From: a virus
Reading direction: 5' to 3' (one strand)
IMG/VR virus record: IMGVR_UViG_3300045988_043362
Coordinates: 1-38,592 of that record
DNA: 38,592 bases
The notes under the pieces are model-generated. The model saw nothing but the letters and a program-made list of their open reading frames with translations. It was not told where the DNA came from and ran no database searches. This document shows positions 16,504 to 26,411 of the stretch, piece by piece. The first letter of the stretch is position 1. Each line of letters begins with the position of its first letter. Position numbers and translations under genes: made by a program.

Positions 16504-16927
16504 TGTATTAACAGCTGTATCTAAGACTGTACATAAGGCCTTGAATGTGCCTATATACCTAGAATTCAAAGAAAACAATATGACATTCCCATGTGCTTAT
16601 ATCAAGGTGATTGAGCCTAGCATGGGCAGACATATTGGAGATCTTTATAATACTTCTTTGGATTTAGACATCATGTATTACGCCAATAATCTTGATGTGG
16701 TTACTGATACGCGAAAACTCATTGATATTCCTAGTGTGCTGTACCTGTCGCTTGAATTTGTACAAGTTGGGGAACGTACAATTATGGGCACAGGTATGAA
16801 GTACAAGATTTCAGATGGGGTGCTGCACTTCTTCGTAACGTATGAGAACATACTACGGAAAGTGGCCAAACCTATCGAACGTATGAAGCACATGGAATTA
16901 ACAGAAAGGGTAAAAGATGGCATATGA
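16481..16927 (+). CDS. Putative tail terminator / neck protein
   Basis: Called on its position just before the sheath gene only. Confidence 0.3.
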   Translation: MKNMVDSDVLTAVSKTVHKALNVPIYLEFKENNMTFPCAYIKVIEPSMGRHIGDLYNTSLDLDIMYYANNLDVVTDTRKLIDIPSVLYLSLEFVQVGERTIMGTGMKYKISDGVLHFFVTYENILRKVAKPIERMKHMELTERVKDGI

Positions 16928-17108
16928 AAAACAAGCAGTCGAGGTAACGACTGAACAACAATTTGATGCTTACACTATCATTGCATCTGACAAATACAGA
17001 CGGTATCGTGATTTACTCACTTGTCTTCTTAATGAAGATGTAATGTATACGGAAAGCGACATTGATAAGATTTTAAATCAGGCATTAAATACGCCTGTGA
17101 AAGGTTAG
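16917..17108 (+). CDS. Hypothetical protein
   Basis: 63-aa ORF between the neck and sheath genes. Confidence 0.4.
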   Translation: MAYEKQAVEVTTEQQFDAYTIIASDKYRRYRDLLTCLLNEDVMYTESDIDKILNQALNTPVKG

Positions 17109-17114
17109 TGAAAT

Positions 17115-18470
17115 ATGGCATTAGGTGGTGGCACATTCTTATTCCACAATAAAGTATTGCCAGGTACTTATATTAACTTCGTATCCAAAGACCGAGCATA
17201 TGCAGAAGTATCTGACCGTGGCTTTGGTGCGATGATGCTCTCCTTTGATTGGGGCCCAAGTGGCGAAGTGTTCCGTGTAGATAACGACACATTCCAAAAG
17301 GATTGTCAAAAATACTTCGGTTATGACTACGGTCATGACAAAATGAAGGGACTACGTGACTTGTTCCGTGGCTTGAAAACTGGTTACTTCTACCGACTAA
17401 ACTCTGACGGTGCGCAAGCTACAAGCACAATCGGTAAAGCAAAATATAAGGGTATTCGTGGTAACGATTTGGGTGTATCTGTTCAAGCTGATCCAGATAG
17501 CACAGGTAAATTTATCGTAACTACTTACCTCACTACAGGTGATGTTCGTAAAGCAGTAGATATTCAAAAGAACTTGAAAGATGCAACAGAATTACAAGAT
17601 AACGATTATATCGTATTCACTAAAACTGGTGCATTAACAGCTACAGCTTACACCGCATTATCCGGTGGTACTAACGGCTCTACAATCACTGTTAAGAACT
17701 ACCAAGACGGCATCGATATGCTCGAACCTTACTACTTCAACACATTGGGCTACGCTGGTGCGGACGACACAATTAAAAACTTGCTTATTGCATTTACTAA
17801 ACGCTGTCGTGAACAAAGTGGCGCTAAATTCCAATTAGTGATTCATGGTAAGACTAAGGTCAACTATGAAGGTGTTATCTCCATCCTTAATGACGTAACC
17901 GACGAAGGCGCTGAAAAAGGCTCTTTGGTGTACTGGACATTAGGCCAAGAAGCATCTTGCAATATCAACGCTACAGTAGGCAACATGATTTATGATGGCG
18001 AATACACTGTAAACGTTAAGTACAAACAATTCGAACTTGAACAAGCTATCAAAGATGGTATGTTTATGTTCCACAATGTTACTGACTCCGTTGGTGGTAA
18101 TATCCAAGGCGACGTTCGCGTATTGAAAGACATCAACACATTTACTGAATTCAGTAAAACTAAAAACCGCGACTTCTCTCTTAACCAAGTCATTCGTGTA
18201 TTGGATAACTGGGCAGTTGACGGCGCTAGATTGTTCAATAAAACACATCTTGATAAATCCCCTAATGACCAAGCAGGTCGTGAGTCCTTATGGGGCGACC
18301 TTGTATACCTTGCTGAGCAATATCAAAAGGTACGTGCTATCCAAAACTTTGATGATAAGGATATCCCAGTACCTACGCAAGGCGATAACAAGGAGGATGT
18401 ATTGGTTAACGTACAATTACAGCCAACTGTGGCTATGGAAAAATTGTACATGACTGTTGTAGTAGCCTAG
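17115..18470 (+). CDS. Contractile tail sheath protein (XkdK-like)
   Basis: 451 aa. The N-terminus MALGGGTFLFHNKVLPGTYINFVS is typical of the XkdK/sheath family, and the tube gene follows. Confidence 0.8.
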   Translation: MALGGGTFLFHNKVLPGTYINFVSKDRAYAEVSDRGFGAMMLSFDWGPSGEVFRVDNDTFQKDCQKYFGYDYGHDKMKGLRDLFRGLKTGYFYRLNSDGAQATSTIGKAKYKGIRGNDLGVSVQADPDSTGKFIVTTYLTTGDVRKAVDIQKNLKDATELQDNDYIVFTKTGALTATAYTALSGGTNGSTITVKNYQDGIDMLEPYYFNTLGYAGADDTIKNLLIAFTKRCREQSGAKFQLVIHGKTKVNYEGVISILNDVTDEGAEKGSLVYWTLGQEASCNINATVGNMIYDGEYTVNVKYKQFELEQAIKDGMFMFHNVTDSVGGNIQGDVRVLKDINTFTEFSKTKNRDFSLNQVIRVLDNWAVDGARLFNKTHLDKSPNDQAGRESLWGDLVYLAEQYQKVRAIQNFDDKDIPVPTQGDNKEDVLVNVQLQPTVAMEKLYMTVVVA

Positions 18471-18481
18471 GAGGATAACGC

Positions 18482-18976
18482 ATGGAAAATGAAATTTTAG
18501 ATGCATTGAAAACGATGGATGCAGCTGACGTTGTTTCTTCTAAATTAGCATCTTGCTATATCGTAGAGAACGGTAATAGATACTTACTGTTTCAAGCGAA
18601 GAAACTCAGCGCAAAAATCAAAAAGAATAAAGAAAAAGTGGCTATTTTGGGCCGCATTGGTGCGGGTAATAAGTCTACCTCCGTAGAATACAGCGGTAGC
18701 TTAACTATTTACCACAACACAGCTTTATTCGATAAGATGGTTGAAAAATACTTGAAAACAGGTGTGGATACATACTTTGATATGCAAGTAGTTAACAACG
18801 ATCCAACTTCTAAAGCAGGTCGCCGTTCTGTAATTCTAAAAGGTGTGAACCTTGACGAATTAACAGCAGCTGAATTCGACGCTGAAGGCAAATACATTGA
18901 ACAAGAACACAACTTCACGTATGAAGGTGTTAAATACGTTCAACACTTTAATGAATTAGACGGGATGCAAGCCTAG
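18482..18976 (+). CDS. Tail tube protein (XkdM-like)
   Basis: 164 aa, directly after the sheath gene, with an AGGAGG RBS. Confidence 0.75.
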   Translation: MENEILDALKTMDAADVVSSKLASCYIVENGNRYLLFQAKKLSAKIKKNKEKVAILGRIGAGNKSTSVEYSGSLTIYHNTALFDKMVEKYLKTGVDTYFDMQVVNNDPTSKAGRRSVILKGVNLDELTAAEFDAEGKYIEQEHNFTYEGVKYVQHFNELDGMQA

Positions 18977-18994
18977 TGCTTGCTCCCTTTTTTT
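18967..18994 (+). terminator. Attenuating terminator-like hairpin after the tube gene
   Basis: gcaagc / ctagt / gcttgc followed by tcccTTTTTTT. Confidence 0.5.
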
Positions 18995-19008
18995 AGGAGG
19001 TTTTTATA

Positions 19009-19437
19009 ATGGCTGAAAATTTAAGCGCATTCCTTAAACAAAATGTTGATGTAGTCAATGAAACAGAATACGTAGCATCTAAACGTATCAAAGTGAATGG
19101 CGAGCCAGTGGCGTGGAAGATTAAAACATTAGCTACTGATGAAACAGAAAAAATGCGTAAGAAATACACTAAACGCATTACTGACCGCATCACTCGTCAA
19201 TCTGAAGAACGCTTTGATGCGACTGCATACAATGAAGATGTGCTATCTAAGGCAATCACTTATCCTAATCTATATGATGCGGAACTACAAGATAGCTGGG
19301 GCGTTACTGAACCAGTTGAGCTTGTAAAAGCAATGCTCACACCAGGTGAATACGCTGACCTTTTGGCAGCAGTAACAGAAGCCCAAGGCTATGATGTGGG
19401 CATGGAAGATAAGGTAAAAGAAGTAAAAAACTCCTAG
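19009..19437 (+). CDS. Tail assembly chaperone (XkdN-like), zero-frame product
   Basis: Called on its position between the tube and tape-measure genes. It ends just after a slippery heptamer. Confidence 0.75.
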   Translation: MAENLSAFLKQNVDVVNETEYVASKRIKVNGEPVAWKIKTLATDETEKMRKKYTKRITDRITRQSEERFDATAYNEDVLSKAITYPNLYDAELQDSWGVTEPVELVKAMLTPGEYADLLAAVTEAQGYDVGMEDKVKEVKNS

Positions 19438-19607
19438 AATCCAATGAAACAGAAACGATGTTCGCATATTTGGCATTTGTTAAATACCATATGCGACCTT
19501 CTGTTTTTGCGGATATGGACATGAATGAAAAGGCTGTAGTAATTGCCTTTATTCAGCAACATGCCAAAGATGAGCAAGATGAAATGAATAAGGCAAAAAG
19601 GGGGTAA
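19009..19607 (+). CDS. Tail assembly chaperone, -1 frameshift extension product (shift at 19425-19431)
   Basis: A_AAA_AAC lies at 19425-19431 in the zero frame. The -1 frame is open from there to the TAA at 19605-19607 (KKLLESNETETMFAYLAFVKYHMRPSVFADMDMNEKAVVIAFIQQHAKDEQDEMNKAKRG), ending 3 nt before the tape-measure start. Confidence 0.75.
19425..19431 (+). promoter_or_regulatory. Programmed -1 ribosomal frameshift slippery site AAAAAAC
   Basis: An X_XXY_YYZ heptamer in the correct phase, four codons (counting the stop) before the end of the zero-frame ORF. Confidence 0.75.
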
Positions 19608-19610
19608 TGA

Positions 19611-21626
19611 ATGGCTACACTTTCTAATTATATAAGCCTCTCTACTAATATTCCTAATGCTATGAACGCAGCCGCAAACGCAACAACTAAAGCCTATCAA
19701 TCCATGAACACGCTACATAATAAGATGACTGGCGTATCAAATGCTAGTGAAACACTAAAAGCTAGCATGGGTGGAATCATGAACAGCTTTGCTGGTAACC
19801 TGTTGGCTAGTACGGTAATGAATGGTATTGGCGCTATAAAAGGTGCTATCGAATCAATTCAAGATACTGCTACTGAATGGGCACAGGTTCAAGCTCGCCT
19901 TAAATTGGTAGCCGGAAGCCAGGAAAATGCTATTTACCTAAATAAGCAGATATTTGAATCCGCACAGCGTGCAAGAGGCGGGTACTTAGAAATGGCTGAC
20001 GCTGTAATCCAGGTATCTCAATCCGCGCATGATGCGTTCCCGGACCCGAGAAAAGCTGTAGAGTTCATGGAAGGTATTCAAAAAGTATTCGCCATTGGCG
20101 GTGCATCGAAAGAAGCACAAAAGAACGCTATGCTTCAGTTAACACAAGGTTTAGCGAGTGGACAATTACAAGGTGACGAATTCCGGTCTATCGCCGAAAA
20201 TGCACCTATGATTGAAAACATCATCGCTAAATCAATGGGCGTATCCCGTGGCGAACTTAAGAAGCTAGCTTCGGAAGGCAAGATTACTGCTGAAGTCATT
20301 AAAAACGCTATTATGAATAACTTGCCTGAGATTGAAAAGCAGTTTGAGTCACTTCCTAAAACATGGGGCGATCATATGCAGTCGATTAAGAATAAAGCTA
20401 TTCGGGCGTTTGAGCCTGTGTTCCAACGAATATCCGACCTTGCTAATAGTGATGGCGTTCGTGAGTTAGTGGACAACGTAACGGGAGCTATCCAAACGGT
20501 AGCACCGGTATTCTATTGGCTTGTAGGCGTTATCGGAGAAACGATTAATACTGCAGTATGGGCATTTAACACGTTATCTAACTTTGTTAGACAACACTCG
20601 TCTATCATGTATACGGCTATGATAATACTGGGCGGAGTTATGGCTTACTACGCAGTTAAAACAGGAATAGCTGCAGTTAGAACAATTATTGCTGCAGGGG
20701 CTATGGCGATTAAAACCGTAGCAGACTGGGCTGAAACTGCTGCCCTTTTGGCAATGATTGTAGCTCAAGAAGGATTGAACGCCGCATTATATGCGTGTCC
20801 GTTAACATGGGTAATCGGCTTGATTGTTGCAGTTATAGTCATAATCTACTTAGCTGTAGAAGCTATTAACTATTTCTGTGATGCGAATATTAGCGTATTA
20901 GGAATCGTAGTTGGTGCTTTTTGGGCGTTTGGTTCCGCTATTTTCAATGTGTTCGCATTGGGATGGAACATTATCGCAGCATTTGTTAATTTCTTGGCCA
21001 ACGTATTTAAAGACCCATTACATGCAGTCGCTAACTTGTTTATCGATATATGGAATGGTATTTGGCAATTCGTAAAAGCCAGGATTAATGATATTATCGA
21101 TGCGATTAATAAAATCCCAGGTGTAAATATCGATAAAGTAGGCGGGTCTACTGGTGTACTGGAACGGTTCGAGATTGCCGGCGGTGAAACCACTGTCATG
21201 GGTAAGATGGATTATTCTAGCGTTACAGGGGCTTTCGGTGAAGGCTATAACATTGGGGCTAACCTTAGCCTAGGTGACTTAATGCCTAACATGCCTGGTG
21301 TTAAAACTCCTCAAGAGTTTGACGCTAGCAAAATTACTCCAGGTGCTGATCATGATGCGGCCGATAAGACTAAGAAAAACACGGGTAAGACTGCTAAAAA
21401 CACGGGCAAGATTGCCAAGTCTATCGACATGACAAATGAGGAAATCAAGGCACTCCGTGAAAGCGCTATCGATAAGTCCTTGAAGAGATGGCAAGATGCC
21501 AATGTAATTCACATCCAAATGAATAACGATGTGGAAATCAATAACGGCACTGACCTAGATGGCTTTACAAGTCAAATCTCGAAGGGCTTGAAAGATGCAT
21601 TTGCAATTCAAAGGGAGGGAATCTAA
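19611..21626 (+). CDS. Tape measure protein
   Basis: 671 aa, after the frameshifted chaperone pair, with a helical N-terminal half and a long hydrophobic/Gly-Ala-rich central block. Confidence 0.85.
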   Translation: MATLSNYISLSTNIPNAMNAAANATTKAYQSMNTLHNKMTGVSNASETLKASMGGIMNSFAGNLLASTVMNGIGAIKGAIESIQDTATEWAQVQARLKLVAGSQENAIYLNKQIFESAQRARGGYLEMADAVIQVSQSAHDAFPDPRKAVEFMEGIQKVFAIGGASKEAQKNAMLQLTQGLASGQLQGDEFRSIAENAPMIENIIAKSMGVSRGELKKLASEGKITAEVIKNAIMNNLPEIEKQFESLPKTWGDHMQSIKNKAIRAFEPVFQRISDLANSDGVRELVDNVTGAIQTVAPVFYWLVGVIGETINTAVWAFNTLSNFVRQHSSIMYTAMIILGGVMAYYAVKTGIAAVRTIIAAGAMAIKTVADWAETAALLAMIVAQEGLNAALYACPLTWVIGLIVAVIVIIYLAVEAINYFCDANISVLGIVVGAFWAFGSAIFNVFALGWNIIAAFVNFLANVFKDPLHAVANLFIDIWNGIWQFVKARINDIIDAINKIPGVNIDKVGGSTGVLERFEIAGGETTVMGKMDYSSVTGAFGEGYNIGANLSLGDLMPNMPGVKTPQEFDASKITPGADHDAADKTKKNTGKTAKNTGKIAKSIDMTNEEIKALRESAIDKSLKRWQDANVIHIQMNNDVEINNGTDLDGFTSQISKGLKDAFAIQREGI

Positions 21627-22310
21627 ATGTATTACTTCTATATGGGGACGATGCAGATACCGATTCCCCCTAAAGAATTAACCACTACTATCAATGGCAA
21701 GAACGAAACAATGGAGCTATTGGGGAAAGGCGAAGTTAACGTTATTAAACCCGCAGGGCTTACTGATATTGCTTTTAAATTCTTGTTGCCTAACTCTGAT
21801 TATCCATTTAATGAGTCCTTGGTCTTTAAGTCTAAGAAGGCTAAGTACTACATCGATGAACTCGAAAAGCTTAAAACTACAAAGACAATCTTCCAATTTA
21901 TCGTAGTTCGAATGAAACCAGGCGGGCAGATGCTAGCCATGACTAACATGAAGTGTACGCTTGAAAACTACGTCATAGAGGAAGATGCGGATAACGGTTT
22001 TGACTCGTATGCTAACGTAACGTTGAAACAATGGAAAGATTGGGGCGCTAAACGGATTGAAGTGAAGACCGACAAAGACGGAACTGCAAAAGGTAGCGTT
22101 AAGTCGGATAGACCAACAGATGGTAAGGCAGTAGCATCTACTGCTAAAGTATCCAAAGGACAGACTTTACAGCAAATCGTTAAGAAGCAACTAGGCAATA
22201 CGGATAACCTATTCCAAATTGCTGCCCTTAACAAAATCGCTGTTCCTGCTATCTTGGGAGTTGGCCAAGTGGTCCAGCTTAAACGTGAGGGTAATAACGA
22301 ATGGCTATAG
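21627..22310 (+). CDS. LysM-domain tail protein (XkdP-like)
   Basis: The C-terminal GQTLQQIVKKQLGNTDNLFQIAALNKIAVPAILGVGQVVQL is a LysM motif. It lies after the tape measure. Confidence 0.7.
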   Translation: MYYFYMGTMQIPIPPKELTTTINGKNETMELLGKGEVNVIKPAGLTDIAFKFLLPNSDYPFNESLVFKSKKAKYYIDELEKLKTTKTIFQFIVVRMKPGGQMLAMTNMKCTLENYVIEEDADNGFDSYANVTLKQWKDWGAKRIEVKTDKDGTAKGSVKSDRPTDGKAVASTAKVSKGQTLQQIVKKQLGNTDNLFQIAALNKIAVPAILGVGQVVQLKREGNNEWL

Positions 22311-23857
22311 ATGATAAGAAAACAGTCGAAAAATCTCAAATCAATGGCACTATCATTCCGTTACCCATGCCTACTCAACTACACTATGAGTTGACCATCA
22401 GAAATAAAAGCACTGGTGATTTGTGGCTCATAGAACCTGAAGACGGCGTACAAATTACGAGAGCAGTTGATTGCGTTCCAAGTAAGATGACTTTCAAAGT
22501 GCCTAAAGACCCTAACCTCAGTTTTGAAGAAGGTGATACCGTCAAGTTCACTTTAAACGGAGGGGCGGTATTCTTTGGGTACGTCTTTGAGAAACAACGA
22601 GACGGCAAGAATTCTATTTCGGTTACTTGCTATGATCAGATACGCTATCTTAAGAATAAAGACTGCTATGTTATCGGGGCTATGACGGCGACAGAGTTCA
22701 TCAAAATGGTAGCCGATGACTTTGGTTTGAAATGTGGTTATATGGATGATACCGTATGGAAAACTCCGGAGAAACCTCAAACCATATTCAAAGATAAGTC
22801 ATTGCAAGAAATGATATGCCAACTACTCGATAAAACGGCTATATACACGCCTAATCATGCGTTCTATCATTTGTACGATGATGCGGGCGAGTTACGGCTA
22901 GCATCGTTTGAGACTATGAAGACAGATATTTACATTGATGATGAGTGCATGGAAGATGTGCAATACACAACTTCCATAGACAAGGAAACATACAACTATG
23001 TAAAAATCGTCCGCACAGTTCCAAACGGTGCATCAAGTAAGTTGGAGAATACATTCATAGCTAAGGACGATAAGAACATCGAGAAATGGGGCAGATTACA
23101 GTATCTGCTCATTCCTAAAGAGAAGGACGTCAACGCAGTAGCGCAAGCCAAGGCAATCATGGCTCACAAAAACAAGAAAAGCCGTGAGATTAAGTTGAAA
23201 AACGTCATTGGAGATGTGCGTGTACGTGGTGGCTCGTTGGTATATATCAATCGAAACTTTGGCGATATGATTGTTAATAATTACATGATGGTAACATCTG
23301 TTACTCATACGTTTAAAACAGGATTTCATGGAATGGATTTAGATTTACGATACGTTGATAATGATGCGGCTTATGAAGTTGCAAAAGACGAAGATGCGGA
23401 AGCGGTTAAGAAGATTGAAGCTGCTAAGAAAACCAAAGGTACTGCAGTCACTACTGGGGCAGGCGGTACAGCGGGTCAAGTTGATACCGCATTCAGCGCC
23501 AATGACGGCCGGGTATCTCAATATGGCAGTCAAGGCTGTGCTGACACAGTATGCGCTACTGGGTCTTGGTACAATTCTGATTTGAAAGATGAGTACAACA
23601 AAGGCACGGCAAGAGTTGATACGCTTCGCCAAAATCTCGAGGCTAAAGGTTATACAACGGAACAATTCAACGGATACGCTAATAAAGGCGATTTGCTGAT
23701 TTATGGTGATGATGAACACGTTGTTATTGCAGATGGCGCAGGCGGATGCTTCGGTAATTCTTCTAAACGTGGCTATGCTATGAAATATGGCAACGCAAAT
23801 TACGCATGGCACAATGACGAAGCGCCGACTAAGATTATTCGAATGGGGGCTAAATGA
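22301..23857 (+). CDS. XkdQ-like baseplate hub protein with a C-terminal Cys/His peptidase-like (CHAP/NlpC-like) domain
   Basis: VTCYDQIRYLKNKD is XkdQ-like. The C-terminus contains GCADTVCATGSWY ... DEHVVIADG. Confidence 0.6.
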   Translation: MAIDDKKTVEKSQINGTIIPLPMPTQLHYELTIRNKSTGDLWLIEPEDGVQITRAVDCVPSKMTFKVPKDPNLSFEEGDTVKFTLNGGAVFFGYVFEKQRDGKNSISVTCYDQIRYLKNKDCYVIGAMTATEFIKMVADDFGLKCGYMDDTVWKTPEKPQTIFKDKSLQEMICQLLDKTAIYTPNHAFYHLYDDAGELRLASFETMKTDIYIDDECMEDVQYTTSIDKETYNYVKIVRTVPNGASSKLENTFIAKDDKNIEKWGRLQYLLIPKEKDVNAVAQAKAIMAHKNKKSREIKLKNVIGDVRVRGGSLVYINRNFGDMIVNNYMMVTSVTHTFKTGFHGMDLDLRYVDNDAAYEVAKDEDAEAVKKIEAAKKTKGTAVTTGAGGTAGQVDTAFSANDGRVSQYGSQGCADTVCATGSWYNSDLKDEYNKGTARVDTLRQNLEAKGYTTEQFNGYANKGDLLIYGDDEHVVIADGAGGCFGNSSKRGYAMKYGNANYAWHNDEAPTKIIRMGAK

Positions 23858-24270
23858 TGGATAGCGAGTACATGAAAATCGTTAACACGATTAAAGAAAT
23901 AGCGAGCACCGTTATATCGAATGGCGAGCCCATGGAAGTAATCGTTGGCGAAGTTGTTAGTATATCACCGCTTGCTATTAAGATTGACCCTAAGTTAACT
24001 GTGCCTGAAGAAAATATTATTCTTACCAAAAACACCTGTGAATGGACTATGGAGATGAGCGTTGATCATGTTACAGAAAACCGAGCGGGTGGCGGCGGTA
24101 TGGCTGAATATGCAAGCCATAACCATGAGTACAAAGGGCGTAAGAAGTATCTCGTTCATAACCAATTAGTCATGGGCGACAAAGTCATTATGCTGAAGGA
24201 AACAGGCGGACAGCGTTACATAGCATTAGACCGTTGGTATAACCCAAATAGGGGGTGCACGACTAAGTAA
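23854..24270 (+). CDS. XkdR-like baseplate protein (DUF2577-like)
   Basis: Called on size and on gene order in the Xkd-type baseplate block. Confidence 0.5.
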   Translation: MMDSEYMKIVNTIKEIASTVISNGEPMEVIVGEVVSISPLAIKIDPKLTVPEENIILTKNTCEWTMEMSVDHVTENRAGGGGMAEYASHNHEYKGRKKYLVHNQLVMGDKVIMLKETGGQRYIALDRWYNPNRGCTTK

Positions 24271-24701
24271 TGGCAGATAATTTACTATTACCAAAACAAA
24301 ATAACGATGCGCTTATTCCTGATACAGTGAATTATATTGAACCGTCGCATACGTATGACGTTGATTTTAGAACGGATAGCCAAATTAGAGGGTATGCGGA
24401 TAAGTTGCGAGCTATGGAGCAGGCGATTTACAAAATCATCAATACGGAGCGATACCAATATATTATTTACAGTTGGAATTACGGCATCGAACTACAAGAC
24501 TTATTTGGTCAGCCGATTCCGTATGTGTACGCTGAGTTACAGCGACGCATAGAAGAGGCTTTACTGAATGATGATAGAATCACTAAAGTATACAACTTTG
24601 ACTTTAGCCACGAAGGTGGTGACGTCATGGTTGAATTTGATGTAGATACCATCTATGGTACGCTACAAAAAATCAAGAAAGGGGTGAAAGGTATTGTATG
24701 A
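24270..24701 (+). CDS. Baseplate wedge protein (gp25/W-like, XkdS-like)
   Basis: Called on size and on its position before the baseplate J-like protein. Confidence 0.5.
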   Translation: MADNLLLPKQNNDALIPDTVNYIEPSHTYDVDFRTDSQIRGYADKLRAMEQAIYKIINTERYQYIIYSWNYGIELQDLFGQPIPYVYAELQRRIEEALLNDDRITKVYNFDFSHEGGDVMVEFDVDTIYGTLQKIKKGVKGIV

Positions 24702-25773
24702 GCATATGACGGCCAATCGAATTGAAAAACGAATGCTCGATAGAGTTAAAGATGAATTCGATAGGCGTGAAGGTAGTGTTATATACGATGCTACAGCTCC
24801 AGCAAGTATAGAGTTTGCAGAACTCTACATCCTAGCAGATGTTATTTTGAAACAAGCGTTTGCAACTACGGCAGACCGTGAGTTCTTAATACTTCGGGCG
24901 GCAGAGTTTAATATTTACCCGGAACCGGCCACGCAAGGCGAATTTGAAGCACAGTTTAATATGGAAGTACCGATTGGCTCCAGGTTTAATTACAACGAAT
25001 ATAACTTTGTTGTAACGGAGATAATCGACGACACGGAACATAAGTACAAGCTCAAATGCGAACAGTACGGACGCACCCCTAATGCGACTACAGGTGATAT
25101 TACGCCAATCCAAGGTATTAATGGCCTTACCTCCGCTAAGATATTGAAAAATATCACGCCGGGCGAAGATGAAGAAGACACAGAAGTATTTAGAAAACGA
25201 TACTTTGATGCTTTGAAATCAAAAGCTTATGGTGGCAATGGTGCTGATTACAAGGAAAAGGTATTAGCTATCCCTGGTGTAGGTGGTGTTAAAGTATACC
25301 GCTGTTGGAATGGTGGCGGTACAGTTAAGTTAGTCGTCTTAAATAGTGACTACAAACCGGCAGCAGATGAACTGATTAAGGAAGTAGAGAACGTTATAGA
25401 CCCTGCACCGAAAGGCAAAGGCTATGGGCTTGCTCCTATTGGTCATACTGTAACAATCGAAAAGGCTGAACCCGTAACTGTTAACTACCGAATTGAAGTA
25501 ACTATGATGAGCGGTCACACAATTAACGAAATTCAAACCCTTGCAGAAAACGCTATTAAGCAACGATTACTTATTCGTGCTAAAGAATGGTGTAATCAAG
25601 ACGAGAAGGATCATGTTATTCTTCGGTCTAGCCTGGTAACAGCTTTGATGGTTGAACTTCCTAACGTTCTTGATGTGGGTAGAATTACCGTAAACGGTGC
25701 CGCTATATCAAAACTAGAATTAAAGGATAATCAAATCCCAGTATTAGGGACGATTACTTTGGTGGCAGTATGA
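24694..25773 (+). CDS. Baseplate J-like protein (XkdT-like)
   Basis: 359 aa, with an N-terminus (REGSVIYDATAPASIEFAELY) typical of baseplate J. Confidence 0.7.
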   Translation: MYEHMTANRIEKRMLDRVKDEFDRREGSVIYDATAPASIEFAELYILADVILKQAFATTADREFLILRAAEFNIYPEPATQGEFEAQFNMEVPIGSRFNYNEYNFVVTEIIDDTEHKYKLKCEQYGRTPNATTGDITPIQGINGLTSAKILKNITPGEDEEDTEVFRKRYFDALKSKAYGGNGADYKEKVLAIPGVGGVKVYRCWNGGGTVKLVVLNSDYKPAADELIKEVENVIDPAPKGKGYGLAPIGHTVTIEKAEPVTVNYRIEVTMMSGHTINEIQTLAENAIKQRLLIRAKEWCNQDEKDHVILRSSLVTALMVELPNVLDVGRITVNGAAISKLELKDNQIPVLGTITLVAV

Positions 25774-26402
25774 TTACAGATTTCGGTATTTTTAAGCGAG
25801 ATATTGATATCTCACAATTCGCCGTTCCGTTAACTCGAGATTCTCGGGATATCCAAGAAGTGTATCGAGTGGAGTCGGCTGAATTACAACTACTATGGGA
25901 TATCATGCTAGATATCTTTAAGGAAGAATACATCTATACCGCATCAGATTACGGGCTTGAAGCATGGGAACAAATCTTAGGCATCAATCCTCCGGATTTG
26001 ACAGACACAGAAGGGCGCAGAAGCGAAATACTATCGGTATTAATCGGTCAGCGTCCTTTTACTATGCCTAAAGTGCAAGAAATGCTCAATTTTAAATTCG
26101 GTAATCACGTAGTAGAACACTCTGTTGTATCTGATAGGTATGAATACTGGCTAGACGTAGTAGATGGCTTTGAGACTCAATTAAACAATATTATTGATTA
26201 TGTCGAGCCTTTAATTCCTAAGAACTTAATCATTAAAACTAAGAGCACTACTCAACTTAATGGCGAAATATCTATCGGCGCTATCTCCGATGTATATGAA
26301 TCCTTCCATGTCGGGGCGGCATTAGATAAGTTTGATTTCAAAGTAGGCTCTGACATTAATATAGGCATGGGCTTCGACGTATTAGAAACAATTAAAGTAT
26401 AA
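25770..26402 (+). CDS. Baseplate/tail protein XkdU-like (gpI-like, DUF2313-like)
   Basis: Called on gene order and size. The motif YGLEAWEQILGI is typical of this family. Confidence 0.55.
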   Translation: MITDFGIFKRDIDISQFAVPLTRDSRDIQEVYRVESAELQLLWDIMLDIFKEEYIYTASDYGLEAWEQILGINPPDLTDTEGRRSEILSVLIGQRPFTMPKVQEMLNFKFGNHVVEHSVVSDRYEYWLDVVDGFETQLNNIIDYVEPLIPKNLIIKTKSTTQLNGEISIGAISDVYESFHVGAALDKFDFKVGSDINIGMGFDVLETIKV

Positions 26403-26411
26403 GGAGAACAC

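Noticed and set aside
23345-23812. 155-aa minus-strand ORF (and similarly 26768..27244, 158 aa, and 21968..22339, 123 aa)
   Set aside because: Each is fully embedded antisense in a well-supported structural gene of a unidirectional operon, with no RBS and no recognisable motifs.
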